DNA of 64,000 nt from Camelus ferus (taxonomy: Eukaryota). Of the stretch, positions 1 to 13,519 are shown piece after piece. Both the position numbers and the translations under genes were made by a program. The notes under the pieces were generated by a model that saw only the letters and a list, made by a program, of their open reading frames with translations, did not search any database and had not been told where the DNA came from. Location: contig NC_045697.1 in assembly GCF_009834535.1 (NCBI RefSeq), positions 60,886,001 to 60,950,000 on the forward strand, given 5' to 3'. Each line of letters opens with the position of its first letter. Positions within the stretch are counted from its first letter, which is position 1.

Positions 1-109
1 CATATAGAACCAAGTTTCTCTTTCTGGATTTAAGAACTTTTGAAAATATTTCCACAAAATTTTCTGCAATATGTTGTCATATTTGTTCAAAATATCTAGG
101 TATCTCTTC

Positions 110-415
110 AGTTCTGTACTTACAGAGACTATCTCTATTGGAGGAACACACTTATCTCAATGATTTTAGGACTGGACGTATTATTGCTTTAGAACAGGAA
201 ATATGCACAGAAGTGACATAAGCCACATCTGAGTAGAAGTTCCAAGAGGCAAGATTAGGGTTTTTCTTTCAGCCTGAATCCTGGATAAAGACTTTCATAA
301 GCAGAGCCAAATCTGATCCATAGCAACATACAACGTGAGCAAGAAACAACCTTTTGATATTGTTATATTTTAGGAGTTCTTTAGTACTGCTGCTAACTAG
401 AGAAAGCTAATATAT
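110..415 (+). mobile_element. MaLR LTR fragment (MLT1I/MLT1J-like)
   Basis: cagaagtgacataagccacatctgagtagaag ... gtgagcaagaaacaacctttt ... aactagagaaagctaata resemble the MLT1I/J body and 3' end (recalled consensus). Confidence 0.6.
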
Positions 416-2899
416 TCATAGTACTAACAATTCATATATGATAATTATTTTTGGTGTCTGACATTAATATTGGAAATCCCTTGGCCATTATTTATTCCAA
501 TATTTCTTTTTGCTTTATAAATATTTGTTTCATTTCATAAATTTTAATTCTTATGGTGATCAATGAAAATTTTGGCTAATCTTCAAAACTATTCCAATTA
601 GAGGAATCTGGCTATTGATACTCTCTATAATTCCATGAAGACCTTTTTGAACATATCTGCTTTGATTAAAATAGAATTGGGAAATTTCTCAGTACGTTTC
701 TTCTCATTTAAATTATATTATTTATCCCTGTAATTTACATTGTCTCAACTACTATACCTAGGAAATTAACATGCTTTCAGCTTCCTATATTTATATTTTC
801 TGTTCTATGCTCCAGGCCCTCACAAATGTATTTGAATAAACTTCTCCATTAATATATAGGGATAAAGATAACAATTTTCTCAGAAATAGTAATCAACTTG
901 AAGCTAGAATAGTCAAGATAGTTCATTTGAAAATAAATTTATTATGTTTCATTTTAGTAAGTTTTCTTACTTATCTTTATTTTAAAAATTACTTTTATAT
1001 GTAATTTTATGATGATGTTATGCAATCAAAAGGTCTAAATTTTTTTCAGTCTTTTCTTGGCAGTTAGTTACCAAGTATCTTTTATATCTCATTGATTTTG
1101 CTTGTTCCTGTATTTGTCAAAAAAAAAACTTCATGAGCAATATGAAAAAAGTATATATGATTTAGTGATTAATTTATATTATAATGTTCATAGATGTGTG
1201 CATGTTTAAACATGTCTATTATTTATTTCTGCATAATACAAGCATGTATATATGCATACATGGTATCACAAGTTATTATATCCTTTATTCATAGCTATGT
1301 AATTGTGCAAACCCCATACTTCCTAAGTAGTATGTTTTCCTTCCTGCACATATGTCAATAAAAATTTTTTGCAAATGATGTTATTTTTTACTCTTTCTGG
1401 AAATGAACAGTAAGCAACCTCCCTAATTGAGAGGTTGTATATCAAAAGTACCTTTAATTCTACAGTACAGCCCCACATTCTCAATATTGCTTCTTATCAC
1501 TGTCATATCCTAGCAGATTTGAATGACAAGTCCAAAAGCTGCCATTTTAAATTTTGTGTAAAGAGAGGAAAAAGCAGACAATTTTATAAATAGTTTTTCT
1601 TGCTTTTTACAATAAATGGGATACATGAATTTGTGCAATCCAGTTAAATTTATAATTAGAATGTCATGGATGCATCAAGAAGGATTCAGTAAACACCAAG
1701 AAACTGCTAACTGTAGTTGAAAGGTTTATGAATATCAGAGCCACCTTTAAACTCACATTTACTGAGGGAAATGTAAACTTGCTGAATGCTATTGCAAAAG
1801 CAACATTATTTCAAGCTCTAGGCATGAAAGTAGAGAACTTTAATAACCACCTATTTCTGGCTTTAATCCATGCAATTAAAAAGGTCAAAAGTGCTAATGT
1901 TGAGAAAGGTCTTCTAGAAAGAGAAGTTGTAGATGAGATCCTAATTATCAGTCATCATCAAGAAATGTCCTTACAGCAATTAGCACGCCATCATAAAATA
2001 AGTATCTCAGAGGACCTCCAAGAGCATAAGCACATTTCGTACCAAAACAAACTCTAATTTTACATTATTAAAGAGATAGGAATAAAGGTGTATTTCATAC
2101 TTCTAACAACACAATTGTGCTAAAATTTGCAAAATATGTTTCATAGATTGGATATGTTTATTTATAATTATATTAAGTAGTAGCTCATATGATACTTTAC
2201 TATTGATGTATCCTCTCAAAAGTTACGTCTGTGCAGGGCACGGTATTTGTAAAAGCAGATGTTTGATTTGAGTTCATTATTATTGTAATCTTTTGGTGAT
2301 GAAGTGACAAGATTTCTATTTTAATAAAGGAAAGACAGGATTATTGTAAAATTTTGTGCTCACAATAAATCTCTAATTTAGAAACATAGACACAAGTTAG
2401 AATAAAAAAATATGATTCACAGATGTTAGAGGTTAGAATGATGTGATCTCTTCCAAAGCTACTTATTAGCAATTTCACAGTTGAAGAAATAAAATAGGCA
2501 AAGATATTTAATAATAAACATAGCCATTCATCAATTCACTTATCTGCTGAGTCTGTATTAAGTTTCAGTTAAGTATACTAGTCACTTCTTATACACTTAA
2601 TATAGTGTACTAATATTAGGTGTCAATAACAGTAATATTTTAAGGGCTATATAAAAATATTATTTAAACCTTTATTAATACACCATTCATTAATCATTTA
2701 CACTAGTCACTGTGATAACTTCTAGTGATAAAAATAAAGACAAGACAAATTCCTTGCCCTTGGGTAGTTCTAATGCTCTCCTTTGTAATATGATGATCAC
2801 ACTGACAGAAGTGTGCTTAAATTTTATCAGAACCCAAATGTTACTCTGCCCTAGGAGATTCAAGAAAGACTGTAGAAGCAATATTAGATAATCAATGCA

Positions 2900-3270
2900 A
2901 TACCAGATTAGTAATTTCAGCAGAGGTGTGGAAACTATATGAAAGAATAAACCGAAATGCTAGAAATAACAAAACACTAACAGAAATGAAAAATTACTTA
3001 ATAGAGTTATCAATAGACTCAACATTGTTGAAGAAAAAAATCAGTGAATTTGAAGATAGGTCAATAAAAACCACCCCAAATGCAATGCCAATAAGAAAAA
3101 GGTTAAAAAAAAGCAAAAAAACAAAAACAAAATAACTCACACTATTCAAGACCTGTGACATGCTGTAAAAAAGGATTACTATATGTATAAATGGAATCAG
3201 AATGAGAAGACAGAATGAATGAGGAGGAAGAAATACTGGACAAAATAATAGACAAGAAATTTCCAGTGTC
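2900..3270 (+). mobile_element. Old L1 ORF1 remnant
   Basis: ORF 2926-3135 (EMKNYLIELSIDSTLLKKKISEFEDRSIK) matches the L1 ORF1p coiled-coil 'ISELEDRS' motif; A-rich strand. Confidence 0.8.
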
Positions 3271-3329
3271 AAACACCAATAATAATTCCTGTTAATATTA
3301 CTTAATTACTGAAGATACAGCAAGATCTC

Positions 3330-3780
3330 CCTTGTATTCTCCCTATAATCAATAACCCCACTCTCATGATGAGAAATCACTAGACAAAGCCAAATCAATG
3401 GACATTCTATAAAATGTTGAACCGCTAACTCTTCAAAAGTGGCAAGTTTAAGAAAAATAATGAAAAGTAAAGAAACACACATATTGGGGCATTATGAGGT
3501 CATAATAACTAAATGGAATGTAACATTCAGGATTGAATCTTGGCACAATAAGAGGATATTATTGGGAAAAGCTGGCAAAATTTAAATAATAGCTATAGCT
3601 CAATAGCTTAGCTAATAGTATTTTACTGATGTTAATTTCTTGATTATGATAAATACACCATGGTTATGTAAAATGAAAACATTAGGGGAGCTGAATAAAA
3701 TGGTGTAAGAGATTATTCTGTACTATTTTTGCAACTTTTATGTAAATCTAAAATTGTTCCAAAATAAGAAGTTTAAGTAT
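3330..3780 (+). mobile_element. L1MC-type 3' UTR fragment
   Basis: gttaatttcttgattatgataaatacaccatggttatgtaa ... ctgtactatttttgcaacttttatgtaaatctaaaattgttccaaaataa is typical of the L1MC 3' end. Confidence 0.75.
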
Positions 3781-5444
3781 TAAAAGATAAATTTGGATAT
3801 AAAAAATATAAAACAAAGGTTCAAAAAATGGAACTCTGTAAGTTTTCATTATTCTATAAACCTATACTTTATTTCCATATTTTTCTACTCTAATGGTAAT
3901 ATTTATAAAATATAAAAATTCGTTTTGAATTAAAAATGCTTCTTTATTACCTCTTTTAATTTAATATTCATAATAACTTGTAAGAGTGCAAATCAAAAGC
4001 TATTGCCATTGTTAGAAAACATTAAAGTCTAAAAGGAGAATTAGTTGTATACTGAGGAAGTACAAGTTTGATAGAAGGGTTGTAACATAAACAAAAGTTG
4101 CAAGTTTAAATGGATTATAGCTGTAAATAAATATTTTGATTATATTACATATACTATTTCTTACTTATATTAAATAAATATTTTGATTATATCACCACAA
4201 TCTTATTTATTAGTCAAATGCAACCAGTAATTTAATTATATGTAAACATAACCTCAGGGAATATCACAAAAATATGTTCAAATAGTAAAAATAGTTATTA
4301 AGTAAAAAGATAGGCATTATAAACCTGTTAACTAAAACTCTCTTGTCCAGACTAATTAATGGGCACATAATTCCAGGTTAATATGTGTATGATATAAAAC
4401 ACTATAACACTTACTTGTTTTTATCTAATCTTACAGTAAGCAAATTTTTAACATTGAAAGAATATCCAGTTTTAGTTCATTTTAGTTATCTATGCATTTT
4501 TGTTCCTATTGCATGTTTAATACTCTTAAATAATTGTTTATGTACTGTAGATTCTACCATTTACACATCTCTCAAATTATTATCTCTGCTCTCTTCTTGT
4601 CAAATCCTATTGAGAACAATAAATCTGTTTCAGCAAAGATCAGCAGGATGTATGTGAATCAGTAGATACATGGAATATTTGCAGAAACACACCTTTTAGA
4701 GACAAAAAGCAAGAGGTATATTTCTCCAAATATCCCTTACATCTACTGCTTCATATTTGCCATGCTAATTTTGCTTAAAAAAATAATTACACTATACCAA
4801 GAAATAAGTAACATGAGATTTAACAAGTTGGAATATTCTTTTTGTACTTCTTACCAAAGCTGTTGGAGTATCTCCTCTGCTGTCAAAATCTGTAAAAGAA
4901 TGTAATTCTATCTCACCTGTCTTTTCCATCTATTTTGTTCTTTAAGATTTTTATTAACTATAATCTTTTCTATTAAGCCTCAATAGCTCCTTAATCTTTC
5001 TCCTGGATTATAGTACCCACTGCCTCAGCTATTCTTATTGTAGCAACTTGCAATGTTTCTTTCATTAATATTTTGTGTTTTATTATTGTTATTTTAGTTG
5101 TGTGATCTTGTTTCTTGTTCATGTTGCTATCAACATTATAATAGCTCAAAATAAATTTGCATGATAGAATAAAAATACAATGCAAGGCACAAGTAACAGC
5201 TGCAGAATGCATAATCCACATGGCACAATAATGTTAACGAGAATGTACTGCATGTGTGCATGTTATCAGTGACTCTAGCATATGCTGTATATTAAAAGAG
5301 TAATCAGTAAATGAAAAAGTAATTTTGTATATTATCATGACATTGACAAACCACTGTAGCAGTAAAACTAGCATTATGTAGGGTTTATCATTTTTTGTGC
5401 ATACCTAAAATTCTAGGTATTCTAAAATTTCTTTTTTTTTTTAC

Positions 5445-5640
5445 ATAAGAGGAGATTTATTAAAGCGATTGGTTCATAGGGTCAAGAAGTCCCACAATCC
5501 ACAGTTTGAAAGCTAGAGAACCAGGAAAACTGATGGTGTAAATCAGTCTGGGAATTGGAGGGGATAATGGTGTAAGTCTTTGTCTTAGTCCAAAAACCTG
5601 AGAACCAGGAACACCAATGTCCAAGGGCAGGATAAGATAA
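5445..5640 (-). mobile_element. ERVL LTR fragment (MLT2-like)
   Basis: gagatttattaaagcgattggttcat ... gaagtcccacaatcc ... agaaccaggaaa; homologous to the MLT2 copy at 62631-63355. Confidence 0.8.
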
Positions 5641-5708
5641 AAAAAATTTAAAATTTCCTTTATCAGAATATTCATTACAAAGACATGTCATAGAAAGTAT
5701 AATAGACA

Positions 5709-7370
5709 GACTGCCTATTCCAGCTCTAATTTGAAAGAAGCTTTAAGCACTTATCACCAACCTTACAGTAAGAAAAAAGCTGAACAAACTGAGCATCAGT
5801 AACTTTCTTTGGGGTCATCAGAGAATGGAGTATTCAGGGGAAATCCTCATCCTTCAATCTGGAGAGACAAATGAGTTTAGAGTCACAGCCACAATCTGCT
5901 TACCTTGAGTAAAAGCCACTGAACCATAAACTGGTAGGAGCATTTAAATGGTAGTTCTGATTAAGCTGGAGGGTAGGTGTGGACTAGCTTGAGAGTGAAG
6001 AAACTCAGATGGCAGTATTTGCAGGGGGAACACCCCTTCATAGGTTTTTATTTCTAAGAACCCTACTACAATCTCATGCTTAAGAGACAAGAAAGATGCT
6101 CTCATGAGTATGGCAGAGGATGGAAAAAAGTAAAAGCAAAATATGTACAGAATGTCCTTCATAGCAAAAACCTACTATCCAGGGAGAAAAGACTTTAACA
6201 GAGCCTTCTGTCAGCTGAGAGAAGGGAATTCCTCCAAGTTCAGAACCCTCTAGCCTTCCTATCTCATGTAAAGAGGAAGAAGAGGTAAGAAAGATCTATG
6301 AATATCACAACTCAAGGACAGGGGCCTACTAAATGTCTGAGATTTAGCTTATAGGACCTTTCCCTCCTCCATTCTTTACCACCACAACAGGGATCCAGAA
6401 TAATAAGAGGGATTACAGCTGAAAGGACTGCAAGATTCAAAATCTACTAGAGGAAAAGTTCGTAGGAAAGTCCAATAGCAACAGAGGAGACAAAAACAAG
6501 AACACAAGTGAAATTTGAAATCTCTGACACCTGTGCTACAAAACATTGCACACTTTCCAGCTCTGTAGCTAGGTTAATGTAAAACCTCACACTAAAGGCC
6601 TATTTACTCAGTTCCTACTACCTGATGCACCATGTTTGCTTTTCAAGAAAAAAATCACAAGCCATGCCAAAATGCAAGTAAAAACCGCAGCCTCAAGAGA
6701 AAAAGTAAGTATCAGAATCAGACAGCTATGACCACATTTTGGAATTATCAGACAGAGAACTTAAAATAAATAACTATTATTTATATGTTAAAGACATATT
6801 TTAAAAGCAGACAACATGTAGGAACATATGGGTAAAATAAGCAGGGTAAACTTTAAAAGGAATTAGAAGAAGATGCTAGAAATTATTTTAAAAACTAGAA
6901 CAAAAGTAAAAAATGCTTTTGATGGGCCCTTTAGTAGACCAGACAGGCCAAGGAAATAGGAAATGAGCTTGAAGATCAGTCAGTAGAAATTTCTTTGATA
7001 AAAATGCAAAGATTAAAAAAAAAAAAAAAAAAAGGCCAGAACATCCAAGAATCGTGAAACAATTTCAACTGGTATAACATATGTATATTCACAGTACTAG
7101 AGAAATAAGAAAGAGGGAACAGAGCAGAAGAAATATTTGAAGTAATAGCGGCTAAAATTTTTTTCCAAAATTAATTGCAGATTCTGAACTTCAGATTCAG
7201 AAAGCTCAGAGAACACCAAGTAGGATAAATACCAAAATCAAAACCAAAACCAAAACCAAAACAAACAAAAAACAACCCTATAACTAAGTATATCATATTA
7301 AATAAGCATAAAAAAGGAGGAGGAGGAAATCTTGAAAGACTCCAGAGAGAAGTATAAAAAGGGCACAGAG
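5709..7370 (+). mobile_element. L1MC-type 5' UTR plus decayed ORF1
   Basis: Starts with an L1MCa-like 5' end (aaaaaagctgaacaaactga ... ggagagaca); ORF1 remnants gagcttgaagatcagtcagtagaa and cagattcagaaagctcagagaacaccaagtaggataaat. Confidence 0.75.
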
Positions 7371-7399
7371 GCCTTCAGTAAAGTGAAATAAAAAATAAA

Positions 7400-8740
7400 A
7401 TTGACATTGGTCTTGGCAGTATTTTTTTGGATATGATGCTAAAAGCACCAGCAACAAAAGGAGAAACAGACAAGGACTACATTAAACCAAAAGGCTTCTG
7501 CACAACAAAAGAACCAATCAACAAATTTAAAAGGCAATGGGAAATAATATCTGCAAACCAAGTATCTGATAAGGTCTTACAACTGAAAATACATAAGGAA
7601 CTCATAGAACTCAATAACAAAACAAACAAACCATCAAAACCCCCCAATTTCAAATAACCCAAATAAAATAGGCAGAGGTCCTGAACAGACATTTTTCCAA
7701 AGACATAGAAACAGCCAACAGATATATGAAAAGTTGTCCAACCTCACCAATCATCAGAGAAATGCAAATCAATATTACATTAAGATATGACTTCACATCT
7801 GCTAAAATGGCTATCATCAAAAAGACAACAGAAAACAAATGTTTGGGGGAAGGGTATAGCTCAGTGGTAGAGTGCATGCTTAACATGCAGTAGGTCCTGC
7901 GTTCAATCCCCAGTACCTCCATTAAAAAAATGTTGGGTAGGATGTGGAGAAAAGAAAATCTTGTGCACTGTTGGGGAATGTAAATTGGTATAACTACTAC
8001 AGAAAACAGTATGAAGATTCCTCAAAAATTCAAAATAGAACTGCCATTTGATCCAGCAGTCCCACACCTTAGTTTATGTCCAAAAGAAATGAAATCACAC
8101 CCCAATGATTCATTGCAAAATCATTCACAGTACCTAACATATAAAAGCAACTTAAGTGATCTTCTACAGATGAATGGACAAAGAAGATGTGATATATATA
8201 TTTAATGAAATATTTTTCAGTCATGAGAAAGAAGGATATCCTGTCATTTGTAACATGGATGGATCCTGAGGGCATTATGCTAAGTGAAATAAGTAAGACA
8301 GAGAAAGCCAAATCCTGTATAATCTAACTTGTATGTGATATCTAAAAAGCCTAACTCATAGAAACAGAAAGGTGGTTGCCAGGGGCTAAAAGGGTGGGGG
8401 AAATGAGGAAGTGTTGGTCAAAAGGTACAAACAACCAGTTTTAAGAAAAATGAGTTCTGGGGATCTAGTGTACAGTACGGTGACTGTAGTTAACAATAAT
8501 ATATTATATAAAACAATAGTATAGTATAATGATAGTAAATTAAGAGTACATATTAAATATTCTCACCACACACACACACACACACAATGTAATTATGTGA
8601 GGTAATGGAGGTAGAATGAACCTTACTGCGGTAATCATTTCACAATAGATACGTGTATCAAATCACCACATTGTGCTTCTTAAAGTTACACAATGGTATA
8701 TGTCAATTATATGTCAACACAGCAGAAAAAATTAAAAATA
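7400..8740 (+). mobile_element. 5'-truncated L1 (ORF2 C-terminus plus L1MA9-like 3' UTR)
   Basis: ORF track peptides KAPATKGETDKDYIKPKGFCTTKE and KIPQKFKIELPFDPAVPHL are L1 ORF2p C-terminal; 3' UTR ends ...atatgtcaattatatgtcaac followed by an A-rich tail; (CA)n at ~8567-8585. Confidence 0.92.
7845..7930 (+). mobile_element. tRNA-Ala-derived SINE (camelid Vic-1-like) inserted in L1
   Basis: gggtatagctcagtggtagagtgcatgcttaacatgcagtaggtcctgcgttcaatccccagtacctcca follows tRNA-Ala(AGC) with A and B boxes; A tail; aaatgtt direct repeat on both sides (7837-7843, 7928-7934). Confidence 0.88.
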
Positions 8741-10039
8741 CATTTATAGCAAACCTGAATAAATTTTTTAAAATGCCAAAACAAAAATGTCGAAGTAAAC
8801 TAGAAATAGAGGTATAATTGGGCTGGCTCAACTTCATTTTACTCAATAACAGACCAAGGAACTGACCAGTTTGGAATGTTACCCTCTCCAATATCAGGAA
8901 GAAAAAGATCACAGCAGCATCCCTGCTGTCCAGCTAGGCCTTTTTGTTACTGATTCCAAGAACAGGATGAAAGATCTGACCTACATTCCAATATCTTCAC
9001 TGACAACAAGAACAAGAACAATAAAAAAAACTCTAAGGGTTATGCCATTGGTCATATATATAAAATAAAACTCTAAAAGCATATTCTGTATTACCTATTA
9101 GCTACATTGCAGGCTTGCTAAACTCTGTATGTAATACGAGGTAATCATGGACAGTATCTGGTGGTCTATTTTGAACTTTAATCAAGTAAGTATACATTTA
9201 CTTTAATAGCACTGGTATCATGAGTATATTATGTAATTGACTTCACCAAGAATGGATATTAAACCCTAGTGCTGGCAGCTATGAATTTCTAGCATCATCT
9301 GTGCTCAAATGGGAACATTCTGGAATATAATTCAACCTTGGAATATAATTCAAAATTGTTATTTTGAGCTCACAAACTTGCACCCATGCCTTTTTTTTGA
9401 CAATGTGTTTTGAATTTTGAATACAAATTTCCTCATGGGTCCCGTTTACCATTTTCTGGTACATAGTTTGCATCTGTGATACACTCATCTTGAGTAACCT
9501 TCACTGACCAAGTAGTTATTTATAATTCCATGCTATTCTTCTATGCTATCCTGAAGGAAAACTGAATGGGCGAGATCATCAATTCATATCTTCTCTGGAA
9601 AATACATGTGATTTACAGCCTCTACTTAATTCCGATCAATTAGAATTGAACTCACTAAGCAAGCGACCATGACTGTGTTACTTTCAATTTTATTTTCACA
9701 CTAACTGAAAAACCACAAATATATGATGTGCTTATTAAATACATATTGAAAAGCAAAACTAAATGACTTCATCCCTAAAGAAAGATTCATGCTAATGAGA
9801 AGTTTGGGGAACAAGTGGTAAATGATTTTTTAATGAAAGAACAGCAGTAGATTTAAACTTGAAATAATGCCAGACTTTTAAAATAATATTAGTGTACTTG
9901 TGTGTTTGATCTGTATGTATATCAATGCAAATATCAATATAGATATACTGACCTTAATTCATATTAATATGCCTGAGTATAGTTTACATTAATAAGTTAC
10001 TATTTATGATTATAAATAATCACCAATCTGCTGTAAAGC

Positions 10040-10165
10040 GGATTAGTGATTGTCAGAGTATGAGGGAGGTGGATGGGGACAGAGTGTTATTTGGACTGAT
10101 AAAAATGTTTTGAAAGGTCGTGATTGCAGAAAATTGTGAATTTACTAAATGCCACCTCATTGAAA
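10040..10165 (+). mobile_element. L1MB-type 3' UTR fragment
   Basis: gattagtgattgtcagag ... tgataaaaatgttttgaaa ... tgtgaatttactaaatgccac. Confidence 0.6.
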
Positions 10166-10169
10166 CATG

Positions 10170-10329
10170 TATTTATGGCCACTGAAATTTAAATTTTATG
10201 AAGCTTTTACATGTAAAATATTTTTTTTCCCAAACATTTAAAATGTAACATTCTTTTTTAGTTTGAAGCCCCTAAAAAACAAGCTGTGGGCTGAATTTGG
10301 CCTACAAGGCCCTGTTTTGCTGTCCCCTG
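10170..10329 (-). mobile_element. hAT-Charlie MER58B-like fragment
   Basis: Terminal gggctgaatttggcctacaaggccctgttttgctgtcccctg resembles the MER58 terminal inverted repeat; internal atttatggccactgaaatttaaatttt. Confidence 0.75.
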
Positions 10330-13109
10330 GTCTAAAAACAGAACATTTTTCTGCTTTTCCAGGAATTAACTCTTGTCCTCAGGCAAGTCACCAACTCCTA
10401 TGTTTTCCTCTATTTATGGAAGTTTACCATGTTGAGGAAAACAAGCAGATCAGTCTAATTTCCACTGACACAGTGCAGCTGCAAATCACTGAGAAGGATT
10501 TCTGTTCAAGTGTTACTGAACTTGCAAATAACTGCTTTAAAATAAAGAAAACAATGGGTTTACAAATATTGATTTTAAATAATTTAAATTATTTTCTTAA
10601 TTACATGTTGAATTTTTTAAAATTTATAAATTCATTTCAACTAATGTAATTCAATATTTTTGTACAATTAACTTTTTTCTACAACTGAATTGTTTTGACA
10701 AAGTGAAAAAAAGTGCAGACCATTCAAAAACTAACCATCTTCTCATATCTTCTCTCCCAAACAATTGCTGTTTTAGATTTTATACACATACTGATAATTA
10801 TCACTTATAAGTGTTCTATCAGTAATGCTATACATACTACTTTGCAATTTAGATTTTAGGTGTATATATCTCCCTGTACTTCCCCTTGATAAACATTTCA
10901 CAGTGTATAATTACATGGGTGAGTAGTTGATGGTTTCAATTAATGTCTATCTCCCACACTTGACTGTATGACTTATTAATGACCATATAGTACAGTGCTT
11001 GCCGCATAGTAGAGATTCCTTTCCCTCTTCAAGCCTTCATTTTATGCTATTAATTGTTTATACAACCTTTTATCGATGTATGGTTGGATTGTACATGCCA
11101 CTTTTCCTGATACACAGTTGGGTCATTCTAACAGTTTTATCACTAACAATGGTATAACAAATATCATGGTAAAAGTATTATTGCCTTTTAGGAGGAAATT
11201 TACTAGGCCAAAGGGTAAACACATTTATAATACTCCCACTAACAGTCTTTTCTTATTGATAATGTTTCAACGATAATACATGCAGTTTCTCAGTATCCCT
11301 TAACAGACAAGATGATTCTTATCATGTGCCTTTTCTCTGGAGCCTTGACGTTGAAGAGGCAGGTGTAATATAAAATCATTGGTTATTATGGTTTATAATT
11401 TTTGGAGATTATACAAATTTGCATAGGACTCAGATAAAGGTACTGTATCAAAACAAATTATTAATTGAAAATAAACTTGCCCTCATGATGCAGCATTGTT
11501 TCTGTAAAAACAAGTTTGAAATCCAGTTACAGGAAAGGGTATTTAACAGGTTTCTGGCAGGGGCCTTTCATACATGGTTCTTTTGAAAACGTCTAGTTTG
11601 TTTGAGGCTGAAATCATATTTACCACAGTTAAATAAAATCACAAGGGTAACAATGAGTTATGAGCCACAGCTAGAGAGATTCTAGATTAAAAGCCAGGTT
11701 GTAATTTTGTCTGATTGAAAAATACAACCAAAATGCCTATGCTCATTCAAAAGTAGCTAAGCTAGAAAACTACTTCAAACTGGTGACTACAAACATAAGA
11801 AATTGACATGTCTCCACCTACTGGCTTTCCACGGAGAGCTGGTGAATGGTGTATTTTGTGTATATGGGTTTTCAATTTGTCCTAGAAAGTTTCAGAAAAG
11901 TTCATCTTTATGTTTATAATGTACATAACATGATCTCTTGTATTTGAAAGATTCAACTAGAAATGTACTAACTATAATACAAACATAATAATAGGTATTT
12001 AGAAGTAAAGTGGCACTTGATTATATTACATATCACATTATCAGAACTGCATCTTATTAAAATTAAAAGTACATTTCCAAATGAAACTAAAGTAGCAAGT
12101 ATAAGCATTTGAAAATGTTGTAATATTCTGACTGTAAAGTGGAAAAGTAAATGTTTCACTTGGTCTAGCCCTAAGTGAAAATGCTCAGAAACATTGCAGA
12201 TACAAGAAGTTATATATAAAACTGAACCTCAAGGACACTTTATGTAACAAGTCATTTCTGTTTAACAAAGCTTAGTTATCTATAGTCCAGTCTTTGTTAT
12301 ATTCTCTAATGGAGCATTCATAATTTGCCTGAAACTATTAACACACAGCTCAGAGCAAAATGTAGGTAGAATAACTCAAAAAGCTTACTGGACTGTGTAC
12401 TGATTGTGAATTTAATAGTTATGAACAATTGAGTATATTTTAGTTTATTCATAACTCAATGTGGATTTCCTAACCTTTCAGCATAATAATTCCATAGATT
12501 TGAGATTCAAGTTCAAAAAATAAGTCTAATACCTTTTTTTTGTAGTTGTTAAATACATTTAGACTCCTTCTAAAGGATTTTTTAAAATAATAAAAATAAG
12601 TGGACTATAAAAATATATGTTAATTGTGTTCTTCACTGATGACAAGGTTATCTTGTAGGATTTATCTGTTGTTTTGAAATGTAGACATTTATTTGGACAT
12701 TTGTTTTAAGTTAGATGTTGTTAATGTATAAGACCTGAATTTTATGGCAGAGATATCCCACTTTATAAAAAGGTTCTTATTTAATTTAAGGCCAAATTAT
12801 GTTATATTTAATATTTAATAATGTTTAAAATTTTCACAGTGACAATAAAAGTACTACTCTACTGTTTAAAAGTTTCAGGAAATTATGAGAAAAATAAACA
12901 AGAGTAATCTTACCATTCAAAGGTAATTACTGCTATCATTGTTTGTAAAAACACTGACAAACTTTGTCTCTTCTTTCTTAATAATAAACATGAAATAATA
13001 ATTTATGCAATTCTGCAATCCAGATTATTAATTTGACATAATATTGTGTACCTCTCTATAATGATTAATATAATTAATATAACTAATCATTACAGAAAAA
13101 TTCCATGTA

Positions 13110-13500
13110 TAAATCAAGATTCTTTTGTTTGAATGTGACAACCACTCACCTGAAAGACGCTAAGAGAGAGAACAGGAACTTATTCATGCAATCAAATCCT
13201 AAAAAAATATCAGTGTGCAAAGCAGTTTCTCAGGTATAATGAGATTAAAAATTTGATGTGTGACTGCTTTCCAGTATTTTCTTTCCAAGTCTTCTCTGAG
13301 TTACTTTGTGTTTTGTATTTATTTTTTTACTATGTTTCATGTATAAAGAGGTTACCATTCCCATAGCAATTTCACAGCCCTATTACAACTGGTATTGTCC
13401 ATCAGGTAAGTGTGATTTAAGCAGAAGAGATAAATCTCCCCAAAGAAGGTTGTGCTGCTTCCATATAATGGTGGTGTGACCAGTCCAACAATTGTTACCT
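13110..13500 (-). mobile_element. Old MaLR LTR (MLT1K/L-like)
   Basis: aagattcttttgtttgaatgtgacaaccactcacc ... ggaacttattcatgc resembles the reverse-complemented MLT1K 3' end; highly diverged. Confidence 0.4.
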
Positions 13501-13519
13501 GTTATCTTTAGCCACCATT

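Noticed and set aside
7851..7921. Functional tRNA gene (also 48186-48256 and 48347-48417)
   Set aside because: CpG-decayed stems, A-rich tails instead of a T-run terminator, TSDs and location inside L1 indicate SINEs; the copy at 7851 also has an altered anticodon (AAC)
8850..9030. Possible minus-strand exon after a pyrimidine tract and CAG
   Set aside because: No convincing donor site or recognisable peptide; insufficient support
10263..10649. 128-aa ORF
   Set aside because: Starts inside a MER58-like element with a non-ATG codon and has no recognisable domain or splice context
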